Shown: positions 44,787 through 58,689, counted from the whole stretch's first letter. The stretch: DNA of 62,903 bases, filler included, from Reclinomonas americana ATCC 50394 (GCA_048213135.1; 21 parts of 21 records of this genome joined end to end with filler, not necessarily neighbours in it), one strand, 5' to 3'. Notes: generated by a model from the letters alone, not told the origin. Made by a program: numbers and translations.

Positions 44787-47700
44787 TTACTGCTCACCAT
44801 CATCGTCTTCCACGTCGAACTCACTGTCGTCGGCCATCGATCGGATGGTGTACACACGCACCGACTTGTCCATCGAGCCGGTGGCCATGCGACAGCCGTC
44901 GGGACTCCATGCCACACTCATCACGGCAGACTTGACAAACGACGACCGCTGTCCCTCCTCGATGACGGCCACAGCATGCTGAGCGTCGCTGTCCTCTGCC
45001 TCTTCGTATGGTGCCCACACACGCACGCACTGATCAAAGCCACACGACGAGAGAAAATGTCCTTCTCCGCCTTGCCACGCCACACCCTTGACCCACGCAC
45101 GGTGTGCGGTGAAGGTGGCCACACTGGCGCCACACGCAACGTCCCACACACGCACCGTACCGTCGGTGGACGAGGTGGCCAGACGATCACCACGCGGACT
45201 CCACGCCACGCCGCTCACCATCTGTTCGTGCCCATGCAACTCGCACAGAAGCTCACCCGAGCGTGCTTCATACACGCGAGTCACACCGTCCACACATCCC
45301 ACTGCCAGTCGATGTCCAGTGGCATCGAACTGCACACTGAAAGCACCACCACCACCACCATGCACCTCCTCGTACCACTGCTTGACGTACGGGGTGCTGG
45401 TCACACGATAGACCGCCACGTAGCCTTTGCCGTGCGCGACGGCCAGCAGCGACGAGTGACTGGCGTAGCACACACCCCATACTGTGCCGGCGCCAGAGAC
45501 AACCGGCGACAACTGATGCAACAGCTTGGGTGGCTTCCGTGGCAGAACATGATACACCGCCACCGAGCCATCAAACAGACCCACTGCCAGCACGGGGAAG
45601 CGCGGATGCCACGACAGCGAGCAAGAAACATCCGGCAGTCGCATCACTGTCGGTTTCGTAGACGACTCCACCGCCGAGATGCACAGCTGCCCGTCGCCCG
45701 ACGACGACGCCAGCAGCGCGCCGTCGGCACTAAAGGCCACACTGTGCACCCACATGCGGTGCGTGGAAATCACATCTGTCAGCTCCCAGTAAAACGATGG
45801 ACATGGGCCTGTGCATAGTCGTGGTCAGTGCGACGAATGAGAGAAAAGAGGCGGATGAAACTATTATTACCAATGGACTTGGTCGACGCCGCCGATGCTG
45901 AGGCCACGGTGGCTTGCTCTGCGTCTGCCAAACAGAGAGTCAGTTTATCGGGGGGGCCGAAAGCAAGTTGTCACACAACACACCTTCTTCCGGCTCCACA
46001 CTCATCAGCTCCTCCAGCTGCGCGTCGATGGCGTCGCTCGCTTCCGCCTCCACCAACTCGTCCTCATTCACACGATCGTCGACATTGGTGCGCTCTCTCA
46101 CCACTGCTTATCGGTTGTGTGAGGCACCACCAACACACAGGCAGACCACTTACAGCAACGCAACTCGACTGATTTGTCACCACGGCCACAGTCCCGGCGG
46201 CGGGCAACAACACCGCAAGCCGGGTGCCGCTCTCGTCAACCGCCACCATGGTCGGCGCCGAACCGAGGGCACACTTGCCGTGCACGCGCCGCGCAGACAA
46301 GTCGCGCACTACTACACCACCACTGCTCATGCCGAGCACCGCTACACTGTCGGTCACGCCGCTGGAGTGCGGCGCCTGTGCCACACACGCCACGCCACGC
46401 GAAACCTGTGCCGTGGTACTCGTCGCGGTCTCGTCACCCGCGGTAGCCAGAGTGAGCGTACTCAGTGTCCCGTCGGTGGTGAGCACGTGCAGTGCGGCAG
46501 AGTTGGCACTCCACACAACGCTCGCCACCTTGTCGGTGCTGGCCATGATGGACGCAGCAGGCCACTCACTCCACACTCGGCACGACTGCGACTCCACCAC
46601 CAGCAGAGGCCGACGGTAGGAAAACGTCACCGCCAGCAGTTCGCCGGTCGGATTCGGAGCCAGCGATTGCACCACTCCACCACCCAGATGGCCGGTGGCG
46701 CTAGCCACCAGTGCGGAAAAGTCAGAGGTCACGTCTGCATGCACACAGACACAGGGGAGTGAGGCGGCGAAGTACCCCCCGAAAACATGCATCACACTCA
46801 TTCGCACCGACGGCCAGCAACTGGCCACTGCGGAGTGACACCCACAGTCGACCGGCTGTCCGTGGACACGCTGCCATGGCGGCCACGCGCGTTCCCACCC
46901 ACGTAAACACGTGGCCGGTGTGCGGATTCACCAGAAACAACTCGGCTCCACAGAGGCCAGCCACACCAATGTCTGCGCTGTCGTGTTTCGAGGAGTGGCG
47001 CACGCAGCAGAGATGGCGCACTGGCTGCGAGGTCCGCAGAGTGGCCACGTGATCGACTTCGTCCCCGGCATCAGCATTCCACCGAACAAGCGTGCTCTTC
47101 TGATCGGCCACGAATGGCCACAGCCACGATCGTCGTCCCGTCACCGCCGCAAACAACTGGTCCCCGTTGGGAGACCACGCCAGCGATGAAGCCTTGATAG
47201 GAAGCGAGTGTCGAATTCGCCAGGCAGCTATTGGAGGGCGACAGCGAGTGAGTGAGCATTCGGAGACCACAACGGATGCAAGAAGCAGCGGCCGTACCTC
47301 GATTTCCAGGACGCAGCAGCACTGCAAAAAAACGGCACGTCAGTCGGGCGTCATTACGCAAGAAGGTACACCGCTCGTGCGCAACTACTCCTTTCGCGAC
47401 GATTGGTCTCCTCGTCGTCGTCGCCGATCGCATCCCCCACCTCAAACTGATGCAACTGACGCGCCTTGACGGCCAGCACGCGTTGCCGGTCGCTAGACCA
47501 GCCCACGGCCAGCATTCGCGCGGCGGCGGTGGATGCTGTCGCCGGAACCCACGTTCCCAGTCGCGGCTCGTTGCCACCGCGGCCCGACGAGCGCAACCGG
47601 TGCAACGAGAGGGAGTGTGCAGTCGAGGCCAGCAGCAAGTGCGACGACGACGACGACGGCGAAGTGCACAATGCCACACACTCGCCATGCAGGGCAGTGA

Positions 47701-48574
47701 GTTCGCGCACCGCCACCGGCGCCCCTTGCCCTCTCCATCTCCACAACCGCACATGACCGCGCTTGTCGCCCGTCGCTGCACCACACATGAGATACAAGAA
47801 AGGCAAGCAGCAATCCATCGTTCACGCCACTCACCAATGTCGCAGTCGAGCGCATCGCCCACCAGCCACGTCGCACACAGCAGCGGATCGCGAACCACAA
47901 ACGCATGCACATCGCCCGCCTCCACATCCACAACACACGCACCAGCGTGGCCACCGCACAGCGCCACGGCGTCACGTTGCGGATGCACTCGCACAAACAC
48001 GCCCTGCTTGAGACAACTCCCTCCCGCCACTCTTCTCAACTCCTCATCACTCGACACGCCCACCAACAGACTCCACGACACCACCTCGCCACTCTCCAAC
48101 AGCGCCACCACCGCCACTCGCCTGCTTCATCGTGAGACACCAGAGGAGACAGGCATGCACGAACGCACGACGCACCCGACGTCCAACGCACACACCGCCT
48201 GCGGCACCTGCACCGCACGCAACCGCTGCTCACCACGCACACTCCACCCCGTCACCACATCACGACGCCGTCGCCCCACCACACTCATCCACTGCCCATC
48301 GCCAGACACCGCCACCAATGCACCCTCCACACGCCTTGCTCTCTCACTGACCGCCACCAGCGCCCTCTCACGCTCATCCTCGCGATACACAGTCACCGCA
48401 TAGCAACGAGAGCACACAGTCACGAGAAGACCAGTTGCCGAGTGAATGCTGTGGCGGGGAAGTCAGCACTGTGTCTGTGTGTGAGAGTGTGTGTGCGCGT
48501 AACATGCACGCGGCAAAGGCGCTCTTCTTCTTTGCGCACTCACAGGGCGCCCATGCGTCGTCTTCCGCGCTCAT
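44787..48574 (-). CDS. Large multi-exon WD40-repeat protein
   Basis: The last exon has clear repeats (GHEQMVSGVAWSPRGDRLATSSTDGTVRVWD; SVAWSPDGCRMATGSMDKSVRVY). Upstream exons carry degenerate blades. Probable start is MSAEDDAWAP followed by a GTGAGT donor. Confidence 0.8.
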
Positions 48575-48741
48575 GGCAAACCCCAAACAGTCAGGTTCTC
48601 CTCTACAAAAAAGGAAACTGCTTAGAAAGGAAATGCGAGCACTCCCGCCTTTTCTGCCACACACACACGCATTGACCGGCACATTTAACTCACATCCACA
48701 GCGGCAACTCTGCAGGGAGCTGGGACGAGATATACGCACTC

Positions 48742-48781
<40 letters not shown>

Positions 48782-49865
48782 TTCCGGTTCCATGAGTGCA
48801 CGGCTGTGCGTGAGTGACAGGAGAGTGTTTGAGAAAACTAGGGTCTTGCAAGTCGAGCCCATGAGCTGGCGGCGTCGGAGTATCTGGAGAGCGTGAAGCG
48901 TTTCAACGAGCAACCAGGCCATTGCCTGGTACACGTGCACTGGATAGTCTCACACCTCGTCACGTGCACTTGCATGTTGTTGGCAAGGTATATATTGTGT
49001 GTTTACGATGAGCCCTGCGTGTGTGTCTTCCGCTCCCCGTGACCAACGACCGCCGCACCTCCACAGACACCCGGCAGTGTTGTTCGTCGCGGGCCCATGA
49101 CAGGGGCGCGAGTGAAGACGAAGGAGCTGCATGCTCTTGTCACATATTCGACCCTTGGTGGCGGCAAGCGCGTCGCTCTCTGGAAAAACTCCTTCGTGTG
49201 CGCTGTTGTCACGGCGCGGACGTGATTGCCAAGGTGCTGAATTCGTGGGATATCGTTGAGTTATTGATCATCATCCACTGTCGTTTGTGCTGGCATGCAT
49301 CTCGTGTTGCCAACGTGTACTCTTGCGCATGTGGCAGGTGGGGCCCAACGGAGTCAAAAGAACTGTTGTGCAATTGTGGTTGTTTGACAGCCATCCGTAT
49401 CCCTCAGTTGCGCCAATTCATGTTTGATTGTTGTCTCCTGCAGTAGCGCTGACGTCGACAAGCATTGCTCTGCATGGCAGAAAAATGTCAGCGTTTGGGG
49501 TGAAACAGCAGCAGATATGGCCCAGCGCTTTCCTTGCCTCTTGGTGTGGCCGACACATCCGTCAACGACGGCTGTTGTGGAAATCACACTTGATTCTAAG
49601 ACAGTGCTCGGACGAGTTTCCAGTCCAGTTCCGATGGAACGATGTGGACANNNNNNNNNNNNNNNNNNNNNNNNNNNNNNNNNNNNNNNNNNNNTTAATT
49701 AATTAANNNNNNNNNNNNNNNNNNNNNNNNNNNNNNNNNNNNNNNNNNNNCGCCTTCTCCTCTTGCGCCCTGGCCACAATCGTCCCGTCTTTTTGTTCCT
49801 CATTCTCTTAATCATCTGTTCATATTTTCTTATGTCGTCTTTTTGTGTACATCTTCCGCTGCCTA

Positions 49866-51603
49866 GATTGTTGTCAGCATGTCGCGGGAGAACAACGTAT
49901 TTGCCGCGGCCTCAGTAGCACGATTTCTCACCGCTTCAGCCGACGGCAGCTGTAAGAGGGATGCCTTCTCCTTGATCATCCATGCGATTCGGAAATCGAC
50001 CACGTTCCACGCCCTGCTTCTATCGTGCCCAGCAAGTGCGATCCTCAACTTCGTAATGGACGCGCTCCTCTATTCTGGTGCTGAAAAGACCAGCAAATAC
50101 GAGATTGTCTTCATCGACTCTGCGCGCGACGCCGGAATTCGAAGCAGTGCCACAGGGCGCCCTCATCGGTGCGTGTGTACTGTAGTTGCTTGGCGGCGTT
50201 CGCTTGTCGAATTGTTTGCTCACACTCCTGCATCGTGCATGCGGATGCAGCTCCACCGCCAACAATACACCCTTGTCCGACCTAGATGCTTTTTGCTTCG
50301 ACATCACAAGAGCCGTCGAGCTTCTGACTCAGCGTCTTAACGCCGTCAAATCCAGCGCCAGTGGGGCGGCGAAGACGCGGAAACGGTACGTCTCACTGTT
50401 CTGCACATGCCCATCTCTCTTTCTCTTCGCTCCTCTGACTTTCTCTTGCTCTATCATCTCCCATCCCCCTCTCCCTCTCTCTGTCTGTATCTTTCTCCCA
50501 TCCTTTCCTCATGTCGTCCGCCTGACACTGTAAATTAACAAACAGTGCTGGAACTCTACATTCGACATCCCCCTTCTCTTGGGTCTGCGGGGAGAAGTTG
50601 CAGTTCGAGGCCACGTGCCCTGCAGGTTACGTCGTCGAGTACGAGTCGAAGGACCATGGCCAGAAGAGCATTATGTAAGTAGTTGACGTTCTCCGTTGTG
50701 TGTTCCACTGTTCATGATTTGCCCACACCTTTCTGCACACATACTTAGACTCTTCGCCAACCAGCTAGACTACGCCGTCGCGGTAGGCTCTCCCGCACAC
50801 CAACTCCTCGTACAAGCCGACTCAGAGTGGTATGTGTCCTTTCGAGTCCAGGCTGATGGCGCCGCCATCTCTCGCCGTCTGGAAGCCTCGGCGGCCGACG
50901 GGGATGCAAGCGCAGGCGTCGACTCTCTCTCTAACATGAACGTGTGCGACCTGTTCAACTTATGGTTTGTGTATGTACTTTGCTGCGATGCACGATGTGC
51001 TTGCTTTCTTGTCTGTGTTGTGGTGTCTGACTCGTGTGCATGTGACGCAATTAATTGCATGCAGCGTGGATGTTACTGCATCGCAAAATCGTCTGTCGAC
51101 ACGAAGATGCAAGAGAATCATGAACACGCTTTATCACAAGAATCGCCCAGCTGCAGAACAAGTTGGAAGCCTCGACAAGCAGCTGCACGCAACCAAAGGC
51201 GATCGAAGTGTGCCGATGGCAAACCGGATCTTTGTCAGTGATGATTCGGTCGCGCATCTGGTGGCCACAATGATGGTGCGTGCCTTCGGAATGCGAAGCG
51301 AAGAGAAGATATCATGGCAGATGCAATGCGCATATGCTGACACGGGCCGTACCTTCGCAGATGATGTATTCGTTTGTGTCAACAACAACCATGCTGGCGA
51401 AAGAACAGGCGGATTTCCTGGCGCTCATGGCGCCCAAGCTTGTGTACGCCAAGCCAGCGCGCGCACTCGAGGCCCCACCTGCAGTCGCAGCCGACGACGT
51501 GCAGCCTGTCGACGAGGACGGCGACGACAGTGATGGCGACCAGCCTCCGGCCACCAAGCGTCGCCGCTTGGAATCTGCTGCACAGTTGCAACTCGACACA
51601 ATG
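49866..51603 (+). CDS. Internal exons of an unknown eukaryotic protein
   Basis: Open segments bounded by GT..AG introns, including an acidic stretch and PATKRRRL. No family recognised. Confidence 0.5.
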
Positions 51604-51874
51604 GTGCGTGTGCCCTCCGTCGTTCCTCTCATGCCCTCACTCCCCATCTCCTTTTTACTCTTCTTCTCATTTTCGCCAGATCCTCACACATTCTCCGTTC
51701 GCGTTCCTTCTCTTCGTCCACCTCCCCACCCTCATGCATTCTTTCTTACTCAGCATCAGTCGCGATCCACTAGTNNNNNNNNNNNNNNNNNNNNNNNNNN
51801 NNNNNNNNNNNNNNNNNNTTAATTAATTAANNNNNNNNNNNNNNNNNNNNNNNNNNNNNNNNNNNNNNNNNNNN

Positions 51875-54716
51875 GTTGTTCAAACGTTCTTTGTCTGCAT
51901 CTTTCGCACTCTGCGCAATCATCAACAGCCGCTCTGTTTAGCAAGTACTGCGACACAGCCGGCAATGCGCTTTGCCTGCTTCTCGCACTTGGGCAGGATT
52001 TTCACATGGACGACGCGTTTGGCCCGACCGGCCTTTTTCGCTGCATCCCAGAAAATCAGAAGCAGTTCCAAAAGCACAATCTACAATCTGCTGGAGCTGC
52101 CGCTGCTGGTGCTGTTGACAATTTCGTTGAAGCTCTCGTTGAGCAGCACTACGTGCAGAACGGTGAGCGGTGGGCGATGTACACTTGGCTTTGCGCGCTC
52201 CAGCGATTCTTGTGCACTGACTTTGTGTTCAATTGGTTTTGCGACCAGAGCTGGACAATGATCCGCACGCAAAAAGGCTGGTAGCTAATTGGCAGCGGTC
52301 GCAGGACGCCAGCCAGCAGCTGCGGGGTGGCCGTGGCCTCGACAACCGTCGTACTGGCCAAGCCGACTTCGCTGTGCAGGAGACCTACGAAAGCGCTCGC
52401 CTGCAACTCTGTGGCATCGCAGAAAGACAGCGCCATAATTCTGATGTACTGGGTGAGTGGAAGTACATAGTAGCGACAGCCACTGCTACTTTGGCTCACA
52501 GTGCAGTGGGCGGTGAATGCGTGCAGAATCTGCGTGGAAGTCAGTCTTCTCTGTGATCGCCTGTCTCCGCCAGTGTTCTCTGGATCCGCCAGCAGTCCCA
52601 ATCGCTCCAGCTGCTCAATTGCCTGGAGGAGGAGCCGCTGCAAGTGCGCGTGCACCCGACACTGCTGCTGTACTACGTGGTGAGTGCATCTTTCTTGTCC
52701 ATTTTCGCGTGACTCTGTCGACATGTCTGCGAGCACGAGTCTCACTGATAATCATGTGTGAATCGCAGCTGCGGAAGCTGCACGTGGGCCTGCGGCAGCT
52801 GTGAACGCTGTGAGCCACCCACCACGGCGAGCTAGTCCCGTTTCTGTCAGTGGTGTGGAAATGCAGCCTGTTGTGGACAGGCTGGCAGAATTCCTCGATA
52901 CGCTCGCCACTGTCACCACAGACACTGTTGCTGCGCCCGTCAAACGCAACGGCGAGCCAACGAAACACCTTGATTGGCACCAGAGCATGCGCGCAACTGC
53001 GCGACGTGTACTGCGCCACCTTGTCTGCAACCTCGGTGCCGGCCTCCTCACAGAAGGCGCCGGTCGCACGTTGACGCTGGAGATGCTTGAGGGTTTTGTT
53101 GACGGCGCCGAGAAGTTGCTGCAGTTGATACCTGCGTCTCGCTGGGACGAAGAGGTTGAGGAGGCGGAGAAGGAGGACGAGGAGGAGGAGGAGGAAGAGG
53201 CGCTCCTTGACGGCATCCCGCTCCCGGACGGAGCGGAAGGTGTACAGGAGGATGATGATGGCGAGGAGGACGAGGAAGGCGAGAAGGACGGCGACTTGGC
53301 ATCAATTGCAAAGCGAGAGCGAAGCCGGCAAGGTACTGTTTGTGTGTGGTGTTTGTGCTCGCATGTCCTGTCCACACACTTTCCAGGGAACTCATTTGAT
53401 CAATTGATTCGATCAAGCTGCGGCTATGCGCGAGTTTATGGCGCTTGCGGCTCTCAAGCTGCAATATCAACGAGCACTGCGTACAATTGTGATGCATTCT
53501 GCTGCTTCGACTGCGCTGGACAACATCGCCAACTGCGATCGTACTAGCCACTTGCACGGGACTGCCGCAGACACGTTGGCTGACGTAGTGGGCGAATTGC
53601 CGTTGCCGATGGCGGAGGAGGAGGAGGAGAAGTTGACGGATCTCATATGCATGTACGTCTCCGCGCGCCTCCAATTCGTTCATATTCTCGTGTGCTCACG
53701 GCGAGTGCATGTGCGTGCAGGAAGACAAGTGTGTCGAAGAGGGCGCGCGAGAGAGCACGCGACTTGCGACAGTCTCTTGCGGATGACGCGATGACACACC
53801 AAGTTCTCCATTCCGACATACTCGCAAAATCTCGCGAGACTGCATTGCGCGTGGTGTCTTGGCTGAAATGCCATCTCGAGAATGCAACTTCATCGGCAGC
53901 ACCCAGGCCCGCCACAACGGCTGCACCGTCGCTGCCGGAGCCACCGCAGTCTGTGGCGTCGGCATCGGCATCGGCAGCGCAGGCTGAAGTGGTGTTCACG
54001 GTTGACTGCCGACGCATTCCGCCGTACGCACTCCAGTCGGCATCAACGAGACGGTTGCTTCTCAAATGTTGCGGTCGCACGTTCAGTGAATTGCGCGAGG
54101 AGCAGAAGCAAGACTTGGTGGACGTACTAAGCAGAGTTCTTCATGGTAAGCTTGAGATGCGTTCCGCTTGTTCCGAAACATCGTGCGCACATGCACTCAC
54201 TCAAGTCACACTGCGCGCGCCCAGGGAGCCTCGCTAATTCCAAGACAGACGTCGGGCAGCGAGAAGTGCGGACTCTTACGGCGATGCTGTGTCGCCTGAA
54301 ATCGAGCGACGTGGAGATGGATCGGGATGCAGATGGCGCCGCCATTGTTCGCAGTAACGATGCCGTATTGATTCAGTTGTTGGACTTATTCGATCGGCGA
54401 TTCGAGCAACTCATGCAGCACGGATGTCTCGTTTTGCGGGCTTATTTACAAGAGGGTGATGATAGCGGCAGTGACGGTGATGTCGACTCCTTGCGCCGTT
54501 GCATTTCGCTCGCCAGTGAGGTCGAACACAATGCCGACTGTCTGCGCGAGTTTCTTGGACTTGCGCGGGACGGAGACTGGCAGCAGCAGCAGCAGCAGCA
54601 GCACGACGGTGATGACGCTTGTCAACTACACGCCAACGGAATCCAAGCATTCAGTGACATTCATCTCCGGTCGGCTATGGCTACCTTGGTCGATTTCTGT
54701 GGCGTCGACGCCAACT
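51875..54716 (+). CDS. Internal exons of a large unknown helical eukaryotic protein
   Basis: Phase-consistent exons (..HYVQN|ELDNDPH..SDVL|ESAWKSVF..AVLR|..) with short GTGAG..CAG introns and acidic tracts. Confidence 0.55.
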
Positions 54717-54926
54717 NNNNNNNNNNNNNNNNNNNNNNNNNNNNNNNNNNNNNNNNNNNNTTAATTAATTAANNNNNNNNNNNNNNNNNNNNNNNNNNNN
54801 NNNNNNNNNNNNNNNNCTCTCACTCATTATTGTTCTACACGCATTCTCTCTCTCTCTCCTACTCGCAATATACTCAAGGTGTATATAGGATCGAGACGGG
54901 ATCCAGTGACTAGTGAATCGCTGCAG

Positions 54927-55300
54927 GAGAGAGGGCACCACTCCTTCATCAACACCGCTGTCACCGTCACGCGCGCCTTGCAACAAACCCACAATCGTCA
55001 CAATGCCGCCACTAATCAAGCCACCAGAGCTCACTGAGCCACCAAGCACAGCACCACCAGTGCACACCGAGCCGCCTTGCAATGAACCCACAGTGGTCAC
55101 AATGCCGCCACTAATCAAGCCACCAGAGCTCACCGAGCCACCAAGCACAGCACCACCAGTGCACACCGAGCCGCCAAGCACAGCACCACCAGTGCACACC
55201 GAGCCGCCAAGCAGTGCACCAATAGTGGTCACAATGCCGCCGCTGTTCAAGCCGCCAGAGCTCGCCAACCGCCTTGCAGCGAACCCACAGTCGTCACACT
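54927..55300 (+). repeat. Coding-like Pro/Thr-rich tandem repeat (102-bp and 30-bp units)
   Basis: Reads PCNEPTVVTMPPLIKPPELTEPPSTAPPVHTEP repeatedly after a CAG acceptor; unit lengths are multiples of three. Confidence 0.75.
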
Positions 55301-58300
55301 GCGGTAGCGCGACGACGGCTTGATCGTCTGGAACAGCTGCACGCAAGTGCCGGCAATGGCCGGGTTGGTGCCGCTGCCGAGCACAGCAGTGTTCAGACCC
55401 AGGCCGTCAGCGGCGGCCGGGTTGCCAGTCGACGCCAGGAAGCGGGTCGTCCACTGCCAGTACACCAGGTAGTACGTGGCGGCCGCAGTCGTGCCCGAGC
55501 CCACCGCAGTCCACGACACGCGGTACTCGTTGGCGGCGTAGAAGTCCAGCGACGGAGAGCCAGCAGCCGGCACAATGCCAGTCGTGGTCACCGGCGACGC
55601 CTGGATGTAGATCGACAGCGAGTTGTTGCCCGTGCCAATCGAGTTGGTGGCGTTGAGCCAGAAGCGGTAGAAGTTGCCGTTCACCACCGTCACAGACGCC
55701 GTGGTGTCGGTGGCACCCACCGCCACCGCCGGGTTCGACGCAGTCGTGCCCGACACACCAGTCAGAGCCTGGCCAGAGATGGCAGTCGACGCGCCAGTGG
55801 CAGTCGTCCACGAGAACGCAATCGCCGTGCCAGTGTTGCTGGTCACCGCAAAGTTGGTATGATCGTTCGGCACCTGGCCCGTCAGCACGTTGTTGTTGAG
55901 GCCGTTGCCGACAATGCCGTCGCCAAAGGTGGCCTGAGTGGTCGACGTGCCAATGCCGTTGATGCCGCGCACGTCGACAAAGTAGTTGGTGGCGTCAGTG
56001 AGGCCGCGGATCACAGCCTGCTGCACCGAGGTGGTGTTCTGGGTCAGCGTGCTGGCCGTAGCCGCGCGCCACGACACCTGCCACTTGGGCACAAAGCCCT
56101 GGCCGCCAGTCTCCTGCGGCTGTCCCCAGCTGAGCCAGATCGAGGTCGAACGCTTGAGCAAAAGGTTCGACGACAGCGACGTGATGCCGCCTGGGCGCTG
56201 CGGCGACGTGGCCGTGGTGATGGTGATGGCCGTCGCAGACCAGGCAGTCTGGTAGCCGTTGAACGACGACACGCCAATGCGGTACTTGGTGTTGGAGGTG
56301 AGGCCGTTCACCAGCAGCGACGAGGTGGTCGAGCCGAACGAGCCAGTGAACTGAGTCACAAAGGTGTCCGGCACGAAAGCAATCGAGGTGACGTTGGTCA
56401 GGTTCTGCACCAGCACCTGCACGCCGACATAGTTGTTGAAGCCATCCGACGTGGTCAGCGAGTACTGCGTGCCGATCACCGTCGACGGGGTCGACAGTGT
56501 AAAGGTGGCGTAGCCGGAGCCAGTCGTGCCAGCCGAGCCGCCAGTGGTCAGAGCCGGCAGCGGGTACGGGCGCACAATCGAGTTGGCAATCTGCGACAGA
56601 GTGCCCGACTGAGCACCGCTCTGCGTCGAGGTCACGCCAGAGTCCGAGCGGGTGTTGGTGGCCTGCACGGCGTAGGTGTACGACTTGCCCGGAATGGTCG
56701 GGAAGTTGAAGTTGGTGGTCAGCGTCGTCCACGTGTACGTGCGGTTGCAGTTGCTGGTGTTCTGCGTCACAACGTAGCCGTTGATCGAGGTGCCACCAAT
56801 GCCAATCGGCGACGCCCACGAGATGCTGGTGATGGTGTCCTGGTAGCAGTTGCCAGAGAAGCCCACACCGAGGGTACCAGCCACAGCAGCGCAGCCGGCG
56901 CTCGAGTTGGTGCCGTGCGAGTTCGCAATACCTCCAGTAAGCGTCGGGGCGGCGGGGGCGATCGGAGTATCGTCTGTGGTGGGAGAAGGGAGGCGGTGGA
57001 TGAGATACTGATATTCAAAAAAGCACATGTCTCCCTGTCACGCTCTCTTTCTCTCTCTCCCACCCTCTCCCTCTCCATCAATCTCAACCCCCTTCCCCTT
57101 TCCCCTTCAACAACGCAACTGCTGTTGTGAGTGGTCTGAGTGATCGGACCAGCAGCAGTGGCCGAGTTGGTCGACGTGGCAGTGGCGTACACCTGGTACG
57201 TATACGTGTACGACGTGTTGGCCGTCAGCGTAGTGTCGGCAGTGTAAGCGGCGGTGGTCGCCCAGCCAGCCGACAGGGTCACAGTGGCCACAGACACCGG
57301 GGTCGCGCTGCCCTGGCCGCGGAAGATCGTGAACACCGTCACGGCGTTGGAGCCAAAGTTCTGCGGAATCGTCCACTGCAGGAAGATGTTGTTGAGGCCG
57401 TACTGCGTCACGACCAGGCTGGTCGGCGGGTTCGGAACGACACCGGTGGCAGCCGGAGTGGTGAAGTTGACAGACGAGCTGAACACGCACGACACCGGGT
57501 TGGTGGTGGTGCCAGCCGGGTTGAAGGGCGACGTCGGGAAGGCGATCGAGAACTGGTTGCTGGCGCACACCTGCACGTTGACCGAGGTGCCAGCCGGCAG
57601 GCCAGTCACGTCAATGTAGTAGGTCGACAGGTTGTTGTTCCACGACGCCGCAGCGCCAGTGCCGTTGGTGGACGGGATGGAGCTGGTGTCAATGTTGACG
57701 GCAGAGCCGGCAGTGGCAGCAGTCACCGACGAGGCGCTGGTGGTCGAGTACACCACACGGTAGGCGCTCACGTTCGGAGTCGGCGTCGCCAGGTTGCTCT
57801 GCGTGGCGCTCGAGGCGGCAGTGTTGGAGCCGCCGACGCTGATCGGGGTCGAGAAGTTGAGGCGCACGCCAGTCGAGAACAGGCGCGAGTACGCCACACC
57901 AGTGGGCGCCAACGGCACCGCACCGTTGTTGTCGGCGGTGGCCTGGACGGAGCCGGCCGCCGAGGCAGTAGTGTTGTTGCTCACAGTGAACTTGGCCTTG
58001 ACCGTGTACTGCGTGGCAGCCACAAAGTTGTTGGTGGTGCCACTCACAGTGAAGCCGGTGATCTGCTGGTAGAAGCCAGAGTTGTACGAGAACAAGCCGA
58101 AGAACGAGGTGGTGAGCAAGCCAGAGCCAGTCGCGCCGGTGGTGATGGCAGGCTGGTCAGAGCTGGCGTTGGTCACCGTGTAGGCGGCGGTCGGCGCAGC
58201 GCCAGTGTCGCCCGTGCCAAAGGTGGCCGGGTAGTTGAAGGCGACGACAAACGACGTCGAAGTGACCTGGTCCACAGAGCCAGTGTACGGGGCCACAGTG

Positions 58301-58689
58301 TAGCCAGTCGGCGTGGCCGGCGCACCCGACGCCAGAGTCACCGTCACGGGTCAGGTTGTCACCGTTGGCACCCGGAGTGCCGCTGCCGTTGTTGTAGGTC
58401 GTCGAGATGGCGCAGCTAGCTGGTGCCAGTCAGACCAGTGACCTTGACAAGCACGCGGTTGCGCGACAGACCGGAGCTACCGGCCGGGATGCCGAAGTCG
58501 GTCAGGTCGGCAATGGTGGTGACCACAGTCACCGCACCGGTGCCGCAGTCCGACTTGATCATGACGTACAGTACCACGAGGCAGCACCAATCACACCCAC
58601 GTTGGCCGCCACACCCTCCCACTCCACCCACGTTGAGGTCGACGTAATGTAGCGCAGAGTGGACGACAGCGTCGGCGCCGCAGTCGAAA
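55300..58689 (-). CDS. Large Thr/Ser/Gly/Asn-rich fibronectin type III repeat surface protein (partial)
   Basis: FN3 motifs LQWTIPQNFGSNAVTVF, ISWASPIGIGGTSINGYVV, NGLTSNTKYRIGVSSFN and RGLTDATNYFVDVRGINGIG. One phase-1 intron at 57119-56974. Strong codon bias; indels near the contig end. Confidence 0.85.

Noticed and set aside
49517..49650. Possible FHA-domain gene start (EITLDSKTVLGR)
   Set aside because: Only 44 codons precede the gap, which is too little to support a call.
55274..58419. 618-aa and 430-aa plus-strand ORFs
   Set aside because: They are antisense shadows of the codon-biased FN3 gene. The same applies to shadow ORFs over the high-GC bacterial genes.
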